A stretch of DNA of 64,000 nt from an uncultured Candidatus Saccharibacteria bacterium (GCA_964521095.1 CAZFPJ010000001.1:132149-196148); one strand, 5' to 3'. Counted from the stretch's first letter, positions 18,449 to 31,902 are shown. The notes: generated by a model not told the origin, from the sequence alone. Made by a program: numbers and translations.

Positions 18449-19813
18449 TTGACGGCAGACGCCAAGCGTCTTTATAGTATTCTAGATATTATGGCGAACA
18501 AACAAACACTGTACTCAGATATTCACCTCAATGACTCTTCGATAGCCCAAGCGCTTAACTATATAGAAGACCGCTGGGACAGCTTGGAGCGCTACAATCC
18601 AGATGACAAGGGGACTTTAGTAGGACTGCCTTATCCATATATAGTGCCTAGCGCGCATAGTGGCTCTGGCTTTTCGTTTGACGAGATGTACTATTGGGAT
18701 AGCTTTTTTATTGCTCAAGCCTTGTTGATGACAAACAAAGAAGACCTGGCTAGTGGCATGTTAGAAAATCTGCTGTATATGGCTAAGCGGTTCGACATTA
18801 TCCCTAATGGCAATCGCTATTACTTTACCGGCCGATCCCAGCCTCCACTACTAACTACCTATGTCTTGGATGTTTTTAAAACCACCGAAGACCTTATATG
18901 GCTACAAGACAGCATGGCTGTGGCCGAATATGAATACACTACGGTATGGATGGGTAGTCAGCAACCAAACTGGCGCAATGTATTTCATGGATTAAGTAGA
19001 TACTACGACATCAACCTAGTAAACTCACTTGCAGAGGCCGAGAGCGGGTGGGACATGACTACTCGCTTTAACGATAAATGCCTAGAATACATACCGATAG
19101 ACCTAAATTCCTTATTGTATAAATACGAGATCGACTTTGCAGAGGCGTCCGAATTGCAAGGAGACCAAGCAACTGCAGATGCATGGAAAGACAGAGCCAG
19201 CGAGCGAGCCGAAACAATCAACCAGTACTTATGGGACGACAAAAATAAATTCTTTTTTGACTATAACTACGAAAAAAATCACTTTTCTAGCGTATGGTCG
19301 TTGGCTTCTTTTTATCCACTTTGGGCAGGACTCGCTAGCGACGAACAAGCAAAACATCTGGTTAAACATCTGGAAAAATTTATGGACAAAGGTGGCCTGT
19401 TGACCACTCTACCCACCAAGAACAAAGGGGGCGACCACAAGCATCAATGGGCGCACCCCAATGGATGGGCGCCCCTACACTGGATTGTAGTAAAGGGGTT
19501 AGAGCGATATGGATACAATGATCTTGCAAAGAACATTGGTCAAAAATGGCTAGAAACCAACACCGACTATTACGAGAGGCATGGGGTATTTCGCGAAGCC
19601 TATAATGTAGCAAACCCCGCCAGCGCCCCAGAGGCAGGACTATATCCACCACAAATTGGATTTGGCTGGACCAACGCAGTCTATATTAATTTTGCTATCG
19701 ACTATACGGATATAGGTAAAGAGTGGCAAAGCAATAACAACGGCAAGCCCTCAACTATTAGGCGCATTCTGCGCAAACTCAAAAGAATTCTGCACAAAAA
19801 ACTGACACCGTAA
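18449..19813 (+). CDS. treA: alpha,alpha-trehalase (GH37)
   Basis: Both trehalase signatures are present: DEMYYWDSFF (P-G-G-R-F-x-E-x-Y-x-W-D-x-Y-like) and QWAHPNGWAPL (Q-W-D-x-P-x-G-W-x-P). Confidence 0.7.
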   Translation: MTADAKRLYSILDIMANKQTLYSDIHLNDSSIAQALNYIEDRWDSLERYNPDDKGTLVGLPYPYIVPSAHSGSGFSFDEMYYWDSFFIAQALLMTNKEDLASGMLENLLYMAKRFDIIPNGNRYYFTGRSQPPLLTTYVLDVFKTTEDLIWLQDSMAVAEYEYTTVWMGSQQPNWRNVFHGLSRYYDINLVNSLAEAESGWDMTTRFNDKCLEYIPIDLNSLLYKYEIDFAEASELQGDQATADAWKDRASERAETINQYLWDDKNKFFFDYNYEKNHFSSVWSLASFYPLWAGLASDEQAKHLVKHLEKFMDKGGLLTTLPTKNKGGDHKHQWAHPNGWAPLHWIVVKGLERYGYNDLAKNIGQKWLETNTDYYERHGVFREAYNVANPASAPEAGLYPPQIGFGWTNAVYINFAIDYTDIGKEWQSNNNGKPSTIRRILRKLKRILHKKLTP

Positions 19814-19814
19814 A

Positions 19815-20381
19815 TTATTTTTTGGCAGTAGCTTTTTTAGGCTTTTCTGCAGGTGCAGACTTTTTATCTTTTATAGGAGTGTAGTAGCTCTTTATTTGAG
19901 CCAAGATGTAAAGACCGATTAGTGTTCCTAGGAGCGAACCAACGATATTGCCGAAGTCGCCATAATCCGAGATAAACACGAACACACCATAAAACAAGTT
20001 TAGTACAGTGCTAAGTAGTAATATGTTCCAACCAGTCTTTTTGTTTCGAGCTTTTAGCCCAGGGAAAGCATATAGCGCTAGTGCCCCCTGAACAACAATC
20101 ACAGCTAGGGCAATATAAAAGAAAAGACCGATGTTATGCGTGCTGTGCACTGGCTCGGCTCCATAAGCCTTGAGCCAATCATTCGCATTATCTACAAAAC
20201 GGTTGACCGTATGAGCTGACTTCCACAAAGCTAACCCAGCGAACAGAGATATAGCACCAACCACCACCGATATCCAGGGTAGCCACTCTACGATAGCTTT
20301 GCGACCATTGTCTGGTATCTGAAAAGGCGCTTTCTTTACTAGATACTCTTCCATAGCATCTTCGACTTTTTTCTGATTCAT
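19815..20381 (-). CDS. hypothetical membrane protein with a Lys/Ala-rich C-terminal tail
   Basis: 188 aa with four predicted TM helices. Confidence 0.4.
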   Translation of the reverse strand: MNQKKVEDAMEEYLVKKAPFQIPDNGRKAIVEWLPWISVVVGAISLFAGLALWKSAHTVNRFVDNANDWLKAYGAEPVHSTHNIGLFFYIALAVIVVQGALALYAFPGLKARNKKTGWNILLLSTVLNLFYGVFVFISDYGDFGNIVGSLLGTLIGLYILAQIKSYYTPIKDKKSAPAEKPKKATAKK

Positions 20382-20494
20382 AACTGATAACCTCCGTTAA
20401 TAACTAATCGTAATATACTGCTATATCTAGTGTATTGCAACTATAAAATATATGGTTGTGGAAAAGCATACGGTGTAGAATATAAGGTAAGCGC

Positions 20495-23400
20495 ATGGAT
20501 GACTACCAAAAACAATACGACAAGTTAAACCCCGAGCAACAGAATGCCGTGTCTTGCATCGAGGGGCCGGTGCTAGTTGTAGCCGGGCCAGGAACGGGTA
20601 AAACACAGCTAATCGGTATGCGTGTTGCTAACATCCTAAAGACAACCGACACAAATCCCAGCAACATATTGTGCCTGACTTTTACTAACAAAGCTTCTAA
20701 AAACATGAAAGACCGCTTACTCAAGCTGGCGGGGCCGACAGCTCGTAAAGTATCCGTCAAAACTTTTCATAGTTTTTCTGCCGAGATTATGAATCAGTAT
20801 CCAGAGCATTTTTGGAACGGCGCGACTCTGACTACAGCCCCCGACACCGTACAGCTAGAGATTATCCAAGATATCTTGGCCAAGCTACCGCCAGACAACC
20901 CTTTAGCTTTAAAATTTGCTGGCAAATACACCTCCATAAATCCTGTTTTAAAGGCGATCCAGCTAACCAAAGACGCCGGACTAACGCCTGGGAAGCTAAG
21001 GGCGCTGATTAATGCTAACCTGGCATATATCGATGTGGTTGAACCACAAATGACAGACATACTATCTCAAACCCTTGGCTACAAAAAGTTGCCAGACATA
21101 CAAATAGCAATTAGCAATCTACCAGACCAACCCATAGACAAACTCATCAGTCCGCTCAAATCCCTTAAAACAGTTATCACAGATAGCCTTGCCGTAGCCA
21201 TCGAACTAGACGAAGGAACAAACAAAACTACCAATACCGGCAAATGGAAGAGTAAGTGGATAAAATCTATTAACGGACAAAGAGGGATGCATGACGAACG
21301 CAAACGCAACAACTGGTGGCTAGAGCTCGCTACTGTATACGAACAATACCGCAACAACCTACATGAAAGAGGATACTATGATTACTCGGATATGCTTATC
21401 GAGGTTATCTACCAGATGGAGCACAACCCGGAACTCTTGGCTGATATTCAGGAGCGGTACAACTATGTCATGATAGACGAATTCCAGGACAGCAATTATG
21501 CGCAACTCCGCCTAGCTCACCTGGTAGCAGACCACGAAAGTGCCAATGGCAGACCAAACATCATGGTGGTAGGAGATGATGACCAATCTATATACGGATT
21601 TAATGGGGCCGAGCTTAATAATATGCTGTTTCTTGAGGAAACATACGAAGATGTTACCGAAATTGTGCTAACCAAAAATTATCGATCTAACCAAGCGGTC
21701 ATAGATGCTTCGGAAAAGATTATCCAGCAAGCTAGCGATCGGCTGACAACTCGTCGTCCGCACCTCGATAAAAAACTACAGTCGGCCAAAGAAAAACGCC
21801 AGGGAGATATTGCTCATTATATATACCCGACCCGAGAGCACCAGCTCAATGAGGTAGTGAAGCAGATCAAAGCCTATCGGAAAAAAGATAGTTCTTGCTC
21901 TATTGCGGTGTTAGCTAGAGGCAACGAAAGTTTGCGGAATCTGTCGGCTATACTACTGCAAAACGACTTACCGGTTAGCTACGAGCAACAAAATAACATC
22001 CTAGACTTTGAAGTCATTAAGCAGGTAATTACACTAGCAAATCTTGTAGCGGCTATTCAGGACAATAGCAAGGAGCAAGTAAACGCCCTATTGGCAACAA
22101 CCCTCCGACACCCTATGTGGCAAATAAACCCTAGTAGTCTTTGGCAACTAGCTGTACAGACAAAAGACAAAGACTGGCTACAAACCATGAGCAACAGCTC
22201 CGACAAAACACTTGAGGACATTGCCAGTCATTTATTTTGGCTGGCCTCTCAGGCAGACCACCAACCCATAACACTTGTTATCGAGTACATCATTGGCCTG
22301 CGCCCGGGCGAAAACTATACCAGCCCAATCAGGGAATACTTTGCTAGCAAAAAATATATCGACAATGAGTATCTTTCTGCTTTGTCCGCTCTTCAGCTTT
22401 TGCGCCAATTAGTGCGCGACTTTTCACAAGGGAGCAATCCAACCTTACGAGATTTTATAAATTTTATAGATATAAATACGGCAAATAACAAAATTATATC
22501 CGATCAATCGCCCTTTGTTAGTGCGAGCGATGCAATCGAGCTATATTCGGTCCACAAGGCTAAAGGTTTAGAGTTTGACATAGTTTTTGTTATAGACGCC
22601 ATAGAAGACAACTGGAAGCCAAAGGCCTCCCGCCAGCTCCCGCCAGCTAATTTGCCCCTGCAACCACCTATGGAAACCGACGATGACTATGCACGACTAT
22701 TGTTTGTAGCTACAACTCGCGCCAAGCACACTGTCATAGCTACCAGCTATGATCTCGACCATGCCAGCAAAGAAGTGTCTCCCGCTAGCCTACTTCGAGG
22801 CATGACCGAGCCCACTGTCTCTAATGTCGACTACACTACAGAGCAGACAGTTGAGCTATTAGAGCAATTCTTGCGCTGGCCACGACTGTCTCATACCGAA
22901 GAAAAGGAATTTTTGAAAGGCAAGTTAGAACATTTTTCGATTAATGTTACTAACCTGTTAAACTTTTTGGATGTCAGCAGGGGAGGGCCGAGCTATTTCT
23001 TTGAGCGAAATATTTTGCGCTTACCAGAAGCCAAAACAGGTCCACTGTCGTTGGGTACGGCTGTTCATGAGACACTAGAGTTTGCTCAAAAGTTGGTTAA
23101 CAAAGATACTTTTAACCTTAGTCAAGTTATCGACGAATTTTACACCATTTTGTCAAAAGAATACCTGCCCGAACTCGAACAAAAGCGCCTCAGAGAACAG
23201 GGCATATTGTTGTTGAATAGCTTTTTCGATATGTATTCGCTCCCCAAAGGCAGTAAACCGGAACAAAGACTAAAAGCCGTTCGACTGGACAAAGCTGTCA
23301 TAGACGGCAAATTAGACCGCGTTGACGAATTGTCAGAAAAGCTAGTTATCGTTGACTACAAAACAGGTAAACCTTTGTCTAGCTTTGACACAACCAACAA

Positions 23401-23710
23401 AGCCCAGGTTATTAAGGCCTGGAGACAAAAAACACAGCTTATTTTTTATGCTTTGCTAGCCCAAAACCACCCTCTATTTGGACAAAGCAAACAAATCGAA
23501 GGCCAAATGATTTTTGTTCAGGCCGAATCTGCCAAAAATCTTATCCGCGAATACACCCCAACTCAACAAGAGATCGATAAGCTGCAAAATATCATCGAAG
23601 TCGTTTGGGATAAAGTCAAGCAACTAGACCTGCCCGACACTTCTGACTATTCGCCAGACATCGAAGGAATTCAAAAATTCGAAACAGATCTACTGCTGGG
23701 AAAAATATAA
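20495..23710 (+). CDS. UvrD/AddA-family ATP-dependent helicase with a C-terminal PD-(D/E)xK (RecB-like) nuclease domain
   Basis: Walker A (AGPGTGKTQL), a DEFQD motif, and VIVDYKTGKP near the C-terminus; 1071 aa. Confidence 0.75.
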   Translation: MDDYQKQYDKLNPEQQNAVSCIEGPVLVVAGPGTGKTQLIGMRVANILKTTDTNPSNILCLTFTNKASKNMKDRLLKLAGPTARKVSVKTFHSFSAEIMNQYPEHFWNGATLTTAPDTVQLEIIQDILAKLPPDNPLALKFAGKYTSINPVLKAIQLTKDAGLTPGKLRALINANLAYIDVVEPQMTDILSQTLGYKKLPDIQIAISNLPDQPIDKLISPLKSLKTVITDSLAVAIELDEGTNKTTNTGKWKSKWIKSINGQRGMHDERKRNNWWLELATVYEQYRNNLHERGYYDYSDMLIEVIYQMEHNPELLADIQERYNYVMIDEFQDSNYAQLRLAHLVADHESANGRPNIMVVGDDDQSIYGFNGAELNNMLFLEETYEDVTEIVLTKNYRSNQAVIDASEKIIQQASDRLTTRRPHLDKKLQSAKEKRQGDIAHYIYPTREHQLNEVVKQIKAYRKKDSSCSIAVLARGNESLRNLSAILLQNDLPVSYEQQNNILDFEVIKQVITLANLVAAIQDNSKEQVNALLATTLRHPMWQINPSSLWQLAVQTKDKDWLQTMSNSSDKTLEDIASHLFWLASQADHQPITLVIEYIIGLRPGENYTSPIREYFASKKYIDNEYLSALSALQLLRQLVRDFSQGSNPTLRDFINFIDINTANNKIISDQSPFVSASDAIELYSVHKAKGLEFDIVFVIDAIEDNWKPKASRQLPPANLPLQPPMETDDDYARLLFVATTRAKHTVIATSYDLDHASKEVSPASLLRGMTEPTVSNVDYTTEQTVELLEQFLRWPRLSHTEEKEFLKGKLEHFSINVTNLLNFLDVSRGGPSYFFERNILRLPEAKTGPLSLGTAVHETLEFAQKLVNKDTFNLSQVIDEFYTILSKEYLPELEQKRLREQGILLLNSFFDMYSLPKGSKPEQRLKAVRLDKAVIDGKLDRVDELSEKLVIVDYKTGKPLSSFDTTNKAQVIKAWRQKTQLIFYALLAQNHPLFGQSKQIEGQMIFVQAESAKNLIREYTPTQQEIDKLQNIIEVVWDKVKQLDLPDTSDYSPDIEGIQKFETDLLLGKI

Positions 23711-24745
23711 AGATACAAAAGGTTGACCGCGGTGTGCAACAAAAGTAGGCAGGTCACCTTTGGTCAAAGTAGCACTAACGCTAAAAGTATAAACAAGCAT
23801 AGAAACTAGAGCCTGTTTTTTGTCGTGATCGTACTCGAATAGTTCGTCAGAAATTCTCTTTAGTCTTGCTACATCAATAGGGAATATCTGCGCCTTGCCA
23901 TCAGTAGCGTTTCTTACTGCGCCCTGGTCGGCTGTCATGTCGTCAATATCTGTGCTAACCACAATTGCCACCTCATTATGAGAATCGGCAAGCTCTGCTA
24001 CTTTTTTGTTCCGCTTCAAAAGCTTGGATAAAATCGAACCACCCTGATAGGCTTCTTCGCCTACAACTTTAGACTCTGATTCGTGCATAACAGCGAAATT
24101 GTCAAAAGACTCATTCAAAAGTTCGCCAAGTTCTGTCCTGTCAAAGGCTGGATCGATTACAGTATCGACAGCTTTAGTAATCTCCTCGCGGTATCTGCCG
24201 ATGTTTTCGATGATAGCCGGCGCTTCATCAATCGCTCCACAGCCAGATTTGCCGTCAGAACAATTAGTAACTGTATGTGCGCCAAAATCAAGGCCTGCTT
24301 CTTCTAGCCTAAACATACCGTATTCAAAAGCATCTGTCAGATTATCTTCTTTGGGGTTAATTGCGCCATTACCGATCAGTCCAGCGGTAGCCATGGCAGA
24401 ACCACCACCAAATATTTTTGCCCGTTGTTTCTTGGTGTCTGCACTGTATCTGTCTGCACCCTTAATAATAGAGGCCGTATCGCGACCGTCAGAACAACCA
24501 TCGTCGTCAGACTCTATAGCTGTCATACCTTCTTCTGAACGAATTATTCCCTCGGCAGTAGCCATATCATGCCTACTTAGGTCACCCGACACAATACGCT
24601 CCTGGACAGATATACTACCGTGTCCAAAGCCTAGCCCTTCTGGTGCAATGCACTCTACCAAAATCGGCCCTTTTTCTAATTCGTTAGTTAATGGCATGCG
24701 CTCTGCTCCTGTCATTTGTATTGTTGGTTCCTTTTCGTAATTCAT
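23690..24745 (-). CDS. hypothetical protein (duplicated C-S-D-G motifs)
   Basis: 351 aa and acidic, with DDDGCSDGRD and TNCSDGKSGCG. No confident family assignment. Confidence 0.4.
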   Translation of the reverse strand: MNYEKEPTIQMTGAERMPLTNELEKGPILVECIAPEGLGFGHGSISVQERIVSGDLSRHDMATAEGIIRSEEGMTAIESDDDGCSDGRDTASIIKGADRYSADTKKQRAKIFGGGSAMATAGLIGNGAINPKEDNLTDAFEYGMFRLEEAGLDFGAHTVTNCSDGKSGCGAIDEAPAIIENIGRYREEITKAVDTVIDPAFDRTELGELLNESFDNFAVMHESESKVVGEEAYQGGSILSKLLKRNKKVAELADSHNEVAIVVSTDIDDMTADQGAVRNATDGKAQIFPIDVARLKRISDELFEYDHDKKQALVSMLVYTFSVSATLTKGDLPTFVAHRGQPFVSLYFSQQ

Positions 24746-24836
24746 ATTTTTATAGCAAAGACCTCATTTTAGCACTCCGTCAAAATAGTGACAATACTAC
24801 TACATATAGTGCTATTTCTTGGCAGACACGCTACAT

Positions 24837-27080
<2,244 letters not shown>

Positions 27081-27084
<4 letters not shown>

Positions 27085-27950
27085 GCAGTTACCGCCTCTG
27101 CACCACCTGCTATTTCGGCTATCTCCTGTGTAATGGCAGCCTGACGGGCGGTGTTAAATTCTAGAGTTAAATCATCAATAATATCTGACGCATTATCGGT
27201 TGCATTTTTCATAGCAAGCATTCGCATAGAGTGTTCGCTGGCTAGACTTTCAAGCAACGCCTGCCAAAGTTGTGCCTCAATCAGCCTCAGGGTCGCATCT
27301 TCTACTATTGCGTCGATTGATGGTTCAAAAAATGCTGTCTCTAGAGGAGAAAGCGTAGCCTCTTCGGGTAGTGGGGCTGGCAAGATCTGTATAGTCTTAA
27401 CCTCTTGTCTGATGTTAGACAAAAATTCGGTATATATTACCTCTACTGCATCAACTTTTTCTTGCTCGAACAACTCTAGGGCAGTAGTTAAAATAGGACG
27501 AATGTCGGCAGAGGTCGGCTCTTTGCTAAACATTGGGTAAGCCCCAACGATCCCGATGCCTTTGAGGCGCGCAATAAATCGGCCTGCTTGTCGGCCAAGA
27601 GCTATAACCTGACTGTTAACTTTTTGCTGTTCGTTGTTTCGTAAAGTCTCCGACAACACCTTTAAAACATTGCCGTCGTAAGCCCCAGCCAAACCGCGAT
27701 CACTGGTAATTACAATACTCAAGCGGTTTTTAACTGGTCGCCTAGAAAACATCGGGTGCAAACGAACATCCGAAATATTACTCATGCGTCCAAAAATACT
27801 ATGGGCAGACTCTCGATAATCACGAGATGCTAGAGCGCTCGCCTGAGCTTTACGCATCTTACTGGCAGCAACCAATTGCATTGCTTTCGTTAGTTGCTTA
27901 GTGTTCTTAACGCTACCAATTCTTCGCTTTAAAGAGGTTATGGAGCTCAT
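27081..27950 (-). CDS. atpG: F1 ATP synthase gamma subunit
   Basis: 289 aa with conserved N- and C-terminal helices (…ITQEIAEIAGGAEA). Confidence 0.85.
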
Positions 27951-27954
27951 TTAT

Positions 27955-29490
27955 CTATTTTTGCTCCTTGTAATCTTTGCTAACCGCTTCGGCTACCGAC
28001 ATAATTAACTTCTTCATTTTTTCGTCTGGCTTGTCGCCCTTGTCTAGTAAGTCCATTTCCTTTTTGTGCTTGCGTCGCAATTCGTCAAGGAATGATTTTT
28101 TACAAACCTGAATATTGCTAACAGAGACTTTGTCAAAAGCCCCCTCGGTAGCACCCATCAACATAGCCGTCTGTTCCCAGACAGAGTAGGGAGTATATTG
28201 CGGTTGCTTGAGTAATTCGGTGAGTCTCTGACCCCTGTCGATACTGTGCTTTGTGTCGGCGTCTAGGTCGCTACCAAACTGAGCAAAGGCAGCCAGCTCT
28301 CGGAACTGCGCCAAATTTAGTCGCAAAGATCCAGCAACACTCTTTACAGCCTTGGTCTGAGCCGAACCGCCGACTCGCGACACACTAGTTCCTACTGAAA
28401 TAGCTGGGCGAATACCCTGATAAAACAAGTCTGTCTCTAGAAAAATCTGACCGTCAGTTATAGAGATAACATTAGTCGGAATATATGCACTAATATCGCC
28501 AGCTTGAGTCTCGATAATTGGCAGGGCAGTTAAACTACCGCCACCTTTTGCTTCAGACAATTTAGCCGATCGTTCCAAAAGTCGTGAGTGCAAATAAAAC
28601 ACATCACCAGGGAAGGCTTCTCGTCCAGGTGGGCGGCGAAGCAAAAGGCTCATCTGTCTATAGGCGGCGGCGTGTTTAGATAGGTCATCGTAAATAATCA
28701 AAGCATGCTTTTTGTTGTCGCGGAAATATTCGCCCATAGCGGTACCGGCATAAGGTGCTAGGTACTGCAAACTAGCTGGGTCGGCGGCAGAAGTGGACAC
28801 CACGATCGTTTGATCCATCACACCTTCGCGTTGCAATCTCTCTACCAACCGAGCAACCTTACTGGCTTTTTGGCCAATCGCAACATAAATGTTTACAACA
28901 CCGGTCTTTTGCTTGTGCTGGTTAATCATCGTGTCGATAGCCACGGCAGTTTTACCGGTCTGGCGATCACCAATAATTAATTCTCGCTGACCTCGGCCAA
29001 TCGGCACCATAGCATCGATCGCAGTTAGTCCAGTCATTAGTGGCTCGTGCACGCTTTTTCGGTCTAGTACGCCGGGTGCATTTTGCTCGATTAGACCAAA
29101 TTCTTTAGCTTTTATTGGACCTTTTCCGTCCAATGGTTGCCCAAGCGGATCTACTACACGGCCTACGAGCTCTGGACCTACTGGAACCTCAAGAGGCTTA
29201 CCGGTCAGTCGCACTTTTGCTCCTGCGCTTACCTGCTGATCACTGCCAAGCAACACCGCACCTATTTCATTCTCTGACAAGTTAAGCGCAAAAGCAGACA
29301 CTTTACTGCCGTCAAGCCCTTCAATCTCTAGAACCTCGTTTGATCCACAACCTCTTAAGCCATAAATCCAAGCAATGCCATCGGCTGCCCGAGTAACGAT
29401 GCCTACACTCTCGATCTCTGGCCTAGTTTTTAGCTGTTCAATGGCTTTTTTAATGTCGGCCGATAATTCTTTTACTGATAAATCGCTCAT
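27955..29490 (-). CDS. atpA: F1 ATP synthase alpha subunit
   Basis: GDRQTGKT P-loop, 511 aa. Confidence 0.95.
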   Translation of the reverse strand: MSDLSVKELSADIKKAIEQLKTRPEIESVGIVTRAADGIAWIYGLRGCGSNEVLEIEGLDGSKVSAFALNLSENEIGAVLLGSDQQVSAGAKVRLTGKPLEVPVGPELVGRVVDPLGQPLDGKGPIKAKEFGLIEQNAPGVLDRKSVHEPLMTGLTAIDAMVPIGRGQRELIIGDRQTGKTAVAIDTMINQHKQKTGVVNIYVAIGQKASKVARLVERLQREGVMDQTIVVSTSAADPASLQYLAPYAGTAMGEYFRDNKKHALIIYDDLSKHAAAYRQMSLLLRRPPGREAFPGDVFYLHSRLLERSAKLSEAKGGGSLTALPIIETQAGDISAYIPTNVISITDGQIFLETDLFYQGIRPAISVGTSVSRVGGSAQTKAVKSVAGSLRLNLAQFRELAAFAQFGSDLDADTKHSIDRGQRLTELLKQPQYTPYSVWEQTAMLMGATEGAFDKVSVSNIQVCKKSFLDELRRKHKKEMDLLDKGDKPDEKMKKLIMSVAEAVSKDYKEQK

Positions 29491-29505
29491 TATTTCCTTT
29501 CTTAT

Positions 29506-29901
29506 TTAGCTGGTTAGAGCTTTTAACTTATTAAGTTTGGCTTTTACTGTCATATCTAGTGTCTGGTGAGGGAACTCTAAACGAACCCCGCCAATTACCT
29601 TGGGGTCTATATTTTCGTTAATGACAATATTACGGACAGTCTGGTGGGTTTCTTTAACTACTTTTTTGATATCCGCCTTTTCTGAAGCCGTGACAGGATG
29701 CGCTGTTGTAGCAGTTAGTTCAACAACACCTTGGTCCTCAAACAAAACAGTCAAAACATCCCTCTCTATAGAGCTTAGGTCGCTAACCGTGCCAGACTCC
29801 ACCAAAAAAGCTGCAACTTGCTTAGCTATAGTTGCAGACGGAACTCTGCCAATATTCTGAGCGATATAGTTAACAACTTCGGCTCTAGAATAAGTACTCA
29901 T
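29506..29901 (-). CDS. atpH: F1 ATP synthase delta subunit (short form, 131 aa)
   Basis: The C-terminal IGGVRLEFPHQTLDMTVKAKLNKL matches the delta/OSCP C-terminal motif. The N-terminal domain is reduced. Confidence 0.6.
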   Translation of the reverse strand: MSTYSRAEVVNYIAQNIGRVPSATIAKQVAAFLVESGTVSDLSSIERDVLTVLFEDQGVVELTATTAHPVTASEKADIKKVVKETHQTVRNIVINENIDPKVIGGVRLEFPHQTLDMTVKAKLNKLKALTS

Positions 29902-29904
29902 TGT

Positions 29905-30444
29905 CTATATCTGCTCCTTTAGTACTCGGTCAATTAAAACTGCATCTTTTTTAGCATCTAGCTTTTCGCTAGCAACTGCCTCTGTAGCACGAATAATCAA
30001 ATCAACTGCCTCTTTTTCTACAGCTCGCTTGGCTCGCTCGGTTTCTTGTTCAATCTTTTGCTTGGCGTCTTCCATTAGTAGGCCAATCTTGTTCTGAGCA
30101 GATTCTTCCGCCTCTTTAATGATGATGCCGGCCTGAGACTGCGCATTAGCCAACACTTCGTCGGCATGCTTACGAGCTTGGCTCTTAATCTTGTCGACTT
30201 CTTTGTCTAGCTTTTCTTTCTCTTGACGCATTTCGGTAGTCAAGCGAACGCCGTCTTCAATGGTCGATCGTCTAGTATCGAGTATTTTCACAATCGGTAC
30301 AAACACGAATCTGCGCAACACTAGGAAGACAAATATCCAAGTCACCAGCTGGATAACAAAAGCTTTGGGATTGATACCAAGCGCCGCTATACCAGAGGCT
30401 TCTGTCTCTGTCGATCCAAACATTACTAATATATTTTGTGTCAT
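29905..30444 (-). CDS. atpF: Fo ATP synthase subunit b
   Basis: Single N-terminal TM followed by a long charged coiled coil. Confidence 0.7.
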   Translation of the reverse strand: MTQNILVMFGSTETEASGIAALGINPKAFVIQLVTWIFVFLVLRRFVFVPIVKILDTRRSTIEDGVRLTTEMRQEKEKLDKEVDKIKSQARKHADEVLANAQSQAGIIIKEAEESAQNKIGLLMEDAKQKIEQETERAKRAVEKEAVDLIIRATEAVASEKLDAKKDAVLIDRVLKEQI

Positions 30445-30464
30445 ATCGTTAATATAAGTTTTCC

Positions 30465-30698
30465 TTATTTAAGAATAAATATAGAGGCGAACGCGATCAG
30501 ACCAAAAAGCTCAGCCAACGAGACAAAGATAAGTACCTGTCCCAAAAATTTAGCACTTTCTGGGTTCCTGCTTACACCGTTCATGAACGCTGCTCCAATA
30601 AGACCAATGGCAATAGCTGGCCCCATCACACCAAATCCTAGCGCGATACCTTTTGCGAGTACCGCATTGTTAGCTACTTCTGCTGCAAATAATTCCAT
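30465..30698 (-). CDS. atpE: Fo ATP synthase subunit c
   Basis: 77-aa hairpin proteolipid with the conserved acidic residue in SLAELFGLIAF. Confidence 0.85.
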   Translation of the reverse strand: MELFAAEVANNAVLAKGIALGFGVMGPAIAIGLIGAAFMNGVSRNPESAKFLGQVLIFVSLAELFGLIAFASIFILK

Positions 30699-30763
30699 GT
30701 TTTTCTCCTTCTTTAATTAAATAATGACATGCTTTGCACTGACAAACAACAGATTAAAAACAC

Positions 30764-31552
30764 CTATAGGCGTGCTTCCTCATTTGCTGTGTCATGATTA
30801 TGTGCCGTGGCAACAGCCAGGTACGAAATACAAAGCACAACAAAAATATAAGCCTGCAATAGGCCGACAAATAACTCAAGTAAAGTAAAGGGCAGGGCAG
30901 CCAATGGCGCAAGCCCACCGCCCAAGTAAGCAAAGACTGCTATCAAAATTTCACCAATCACTACATTCAAAAATAGTCGCAGAGCTAAACTTATAATACG
31001 AGTTAATTCCGAGAATATCTCCATGGCGCCAAGTGCTAGTGTCATTGGGTTTTTAAAGCTCCCTTGAAAATAATGACCCAAGTGCTTCAGCAAACCCGAC
31101 TCACGAATAGCGAGCGTCTGTACGATGACAATCATCACCACTGCCATAGCTAGCGTACCGTTAAAGTCTGCTGTAAATGGACGCAATAACGGGGTGCCAT
31201 CGTGATGAATCGCAGGACCAATACCGGGCAAAAGTCCAAGCCAGTTGTTTATGACAATAAAAAAGAAGGTGGTTACAAAAAATGGTGCATATTGCACAGC
31301 TTTTTTACGCGAGCCTAGACTATCAGCCATAGTGTTCACAATAAAATCTGCGCCAGCATCAATTAATGAAGCGACTCCTTTTGTACCCCCAATGCGAACT
31401 TTGCTCTTTGCCCAAACCAAAAACGCTATCACCAAAACAGCGCATATCCAACCGTATAACATCGAGTTGGTTATGGCATATCCGTTTATTTCAAACAGTT
31501 TTTCTGGAGCTATGGCAATATGAGGGCCATCAGATGTTGCGAAAAATTTCAT
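30764..31552 (-). CDS. atpB: Fo ATP synthase subunit a
   Basis: Polytopic, with the conserved Arg region (…ISLALRLFLNVVIGEIL). Confidence 0.85.
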   Translation of the reverse strand: MKFFATSDGPHIAIAPEKLFEINGYAITNSMLYGWICAVLVIAFLVWAKSKVRIGGTKGVASLIDAGADFIVNTMADSLGSRKKAVQYAPFFVTTFFFIVINNWLGLLPGIGPAIHHDGTPLLRPFTADFNGTLAMAVVMIVIVQTLAIRESGLLKHLGHYFQGSFKNPMTLALGAMEIFSELTRIISLALRLFLNVVIGEILIAVFAYLGGGLAPLAALPFTLLELFVGLLQAYIFVVLCISYLAVATAHNHDTANEEARL

Positions 31553-31824
31553 GCTTTCTCATCGCCTCCCGTTGGCAATTTTTTTATAATATCCCGAACA
31601 ACCACAATAGAACCAAAAACACCTAACGCCATTCCTAGAAGCGTCAAAATAGGCTCACTATTGATTTGCTTATCTACAAAAACTCCTATCAATGTAGGCA
31701 CGAGAAATACCACAGCCAATCGCCAGCTCATATCAAACATGGTTATCACGAACAATTGCCTAGCAGTGTCAGCGGCCCGGTCAGGTTCTTTTTCAGTCGT
31801 CGAAGTGTCGGCGGCTTTAGTCAT
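31549..31824 (-). CDS. AtpZ/AtpI-like small membrane protein (first gene of the atp operon)
   Basis: 91 aa and two TM helices. It sits upstream of atpB and overlaps it by 4 nt. Confidence 0.45.
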   Translation of the reverse strand: MTKAADTSTTEKEPDRAADTARQLFVITMFDMSWRLAVVFLVPTLIGVFVDKQINSEPILTLLGMALGVFGSIVVVRDIIKKLPTGGDEKA

Positions 31825-31902
31825 TACTTGCGTTATTCTAACAGATACTACAGCTCAAATACAACACCTTGTCATCATAAAATGCTATTCTGCATATCAT
31901 AT

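Noticed and set aside
24099-24740. 213-aa plus-strand ORF antisense to the 351-aa hypothetical gene
   Set aside because: It is a low-complexity Ser/Pro/Ala-rich shadow ORF. The opposite-strand ORF has a better start context and is longer.
31666-31902. Long N-terminal extension of the HAD hydrolase ORF (start at 31666)
   Set aside because: The extension would overlap atpZ and the divergent promoter region. It is His/Tyr/Ser-rich and low complexity. The HAD motif I (DxDGT) lies at the expected N-terminal position only with the 31903 start.
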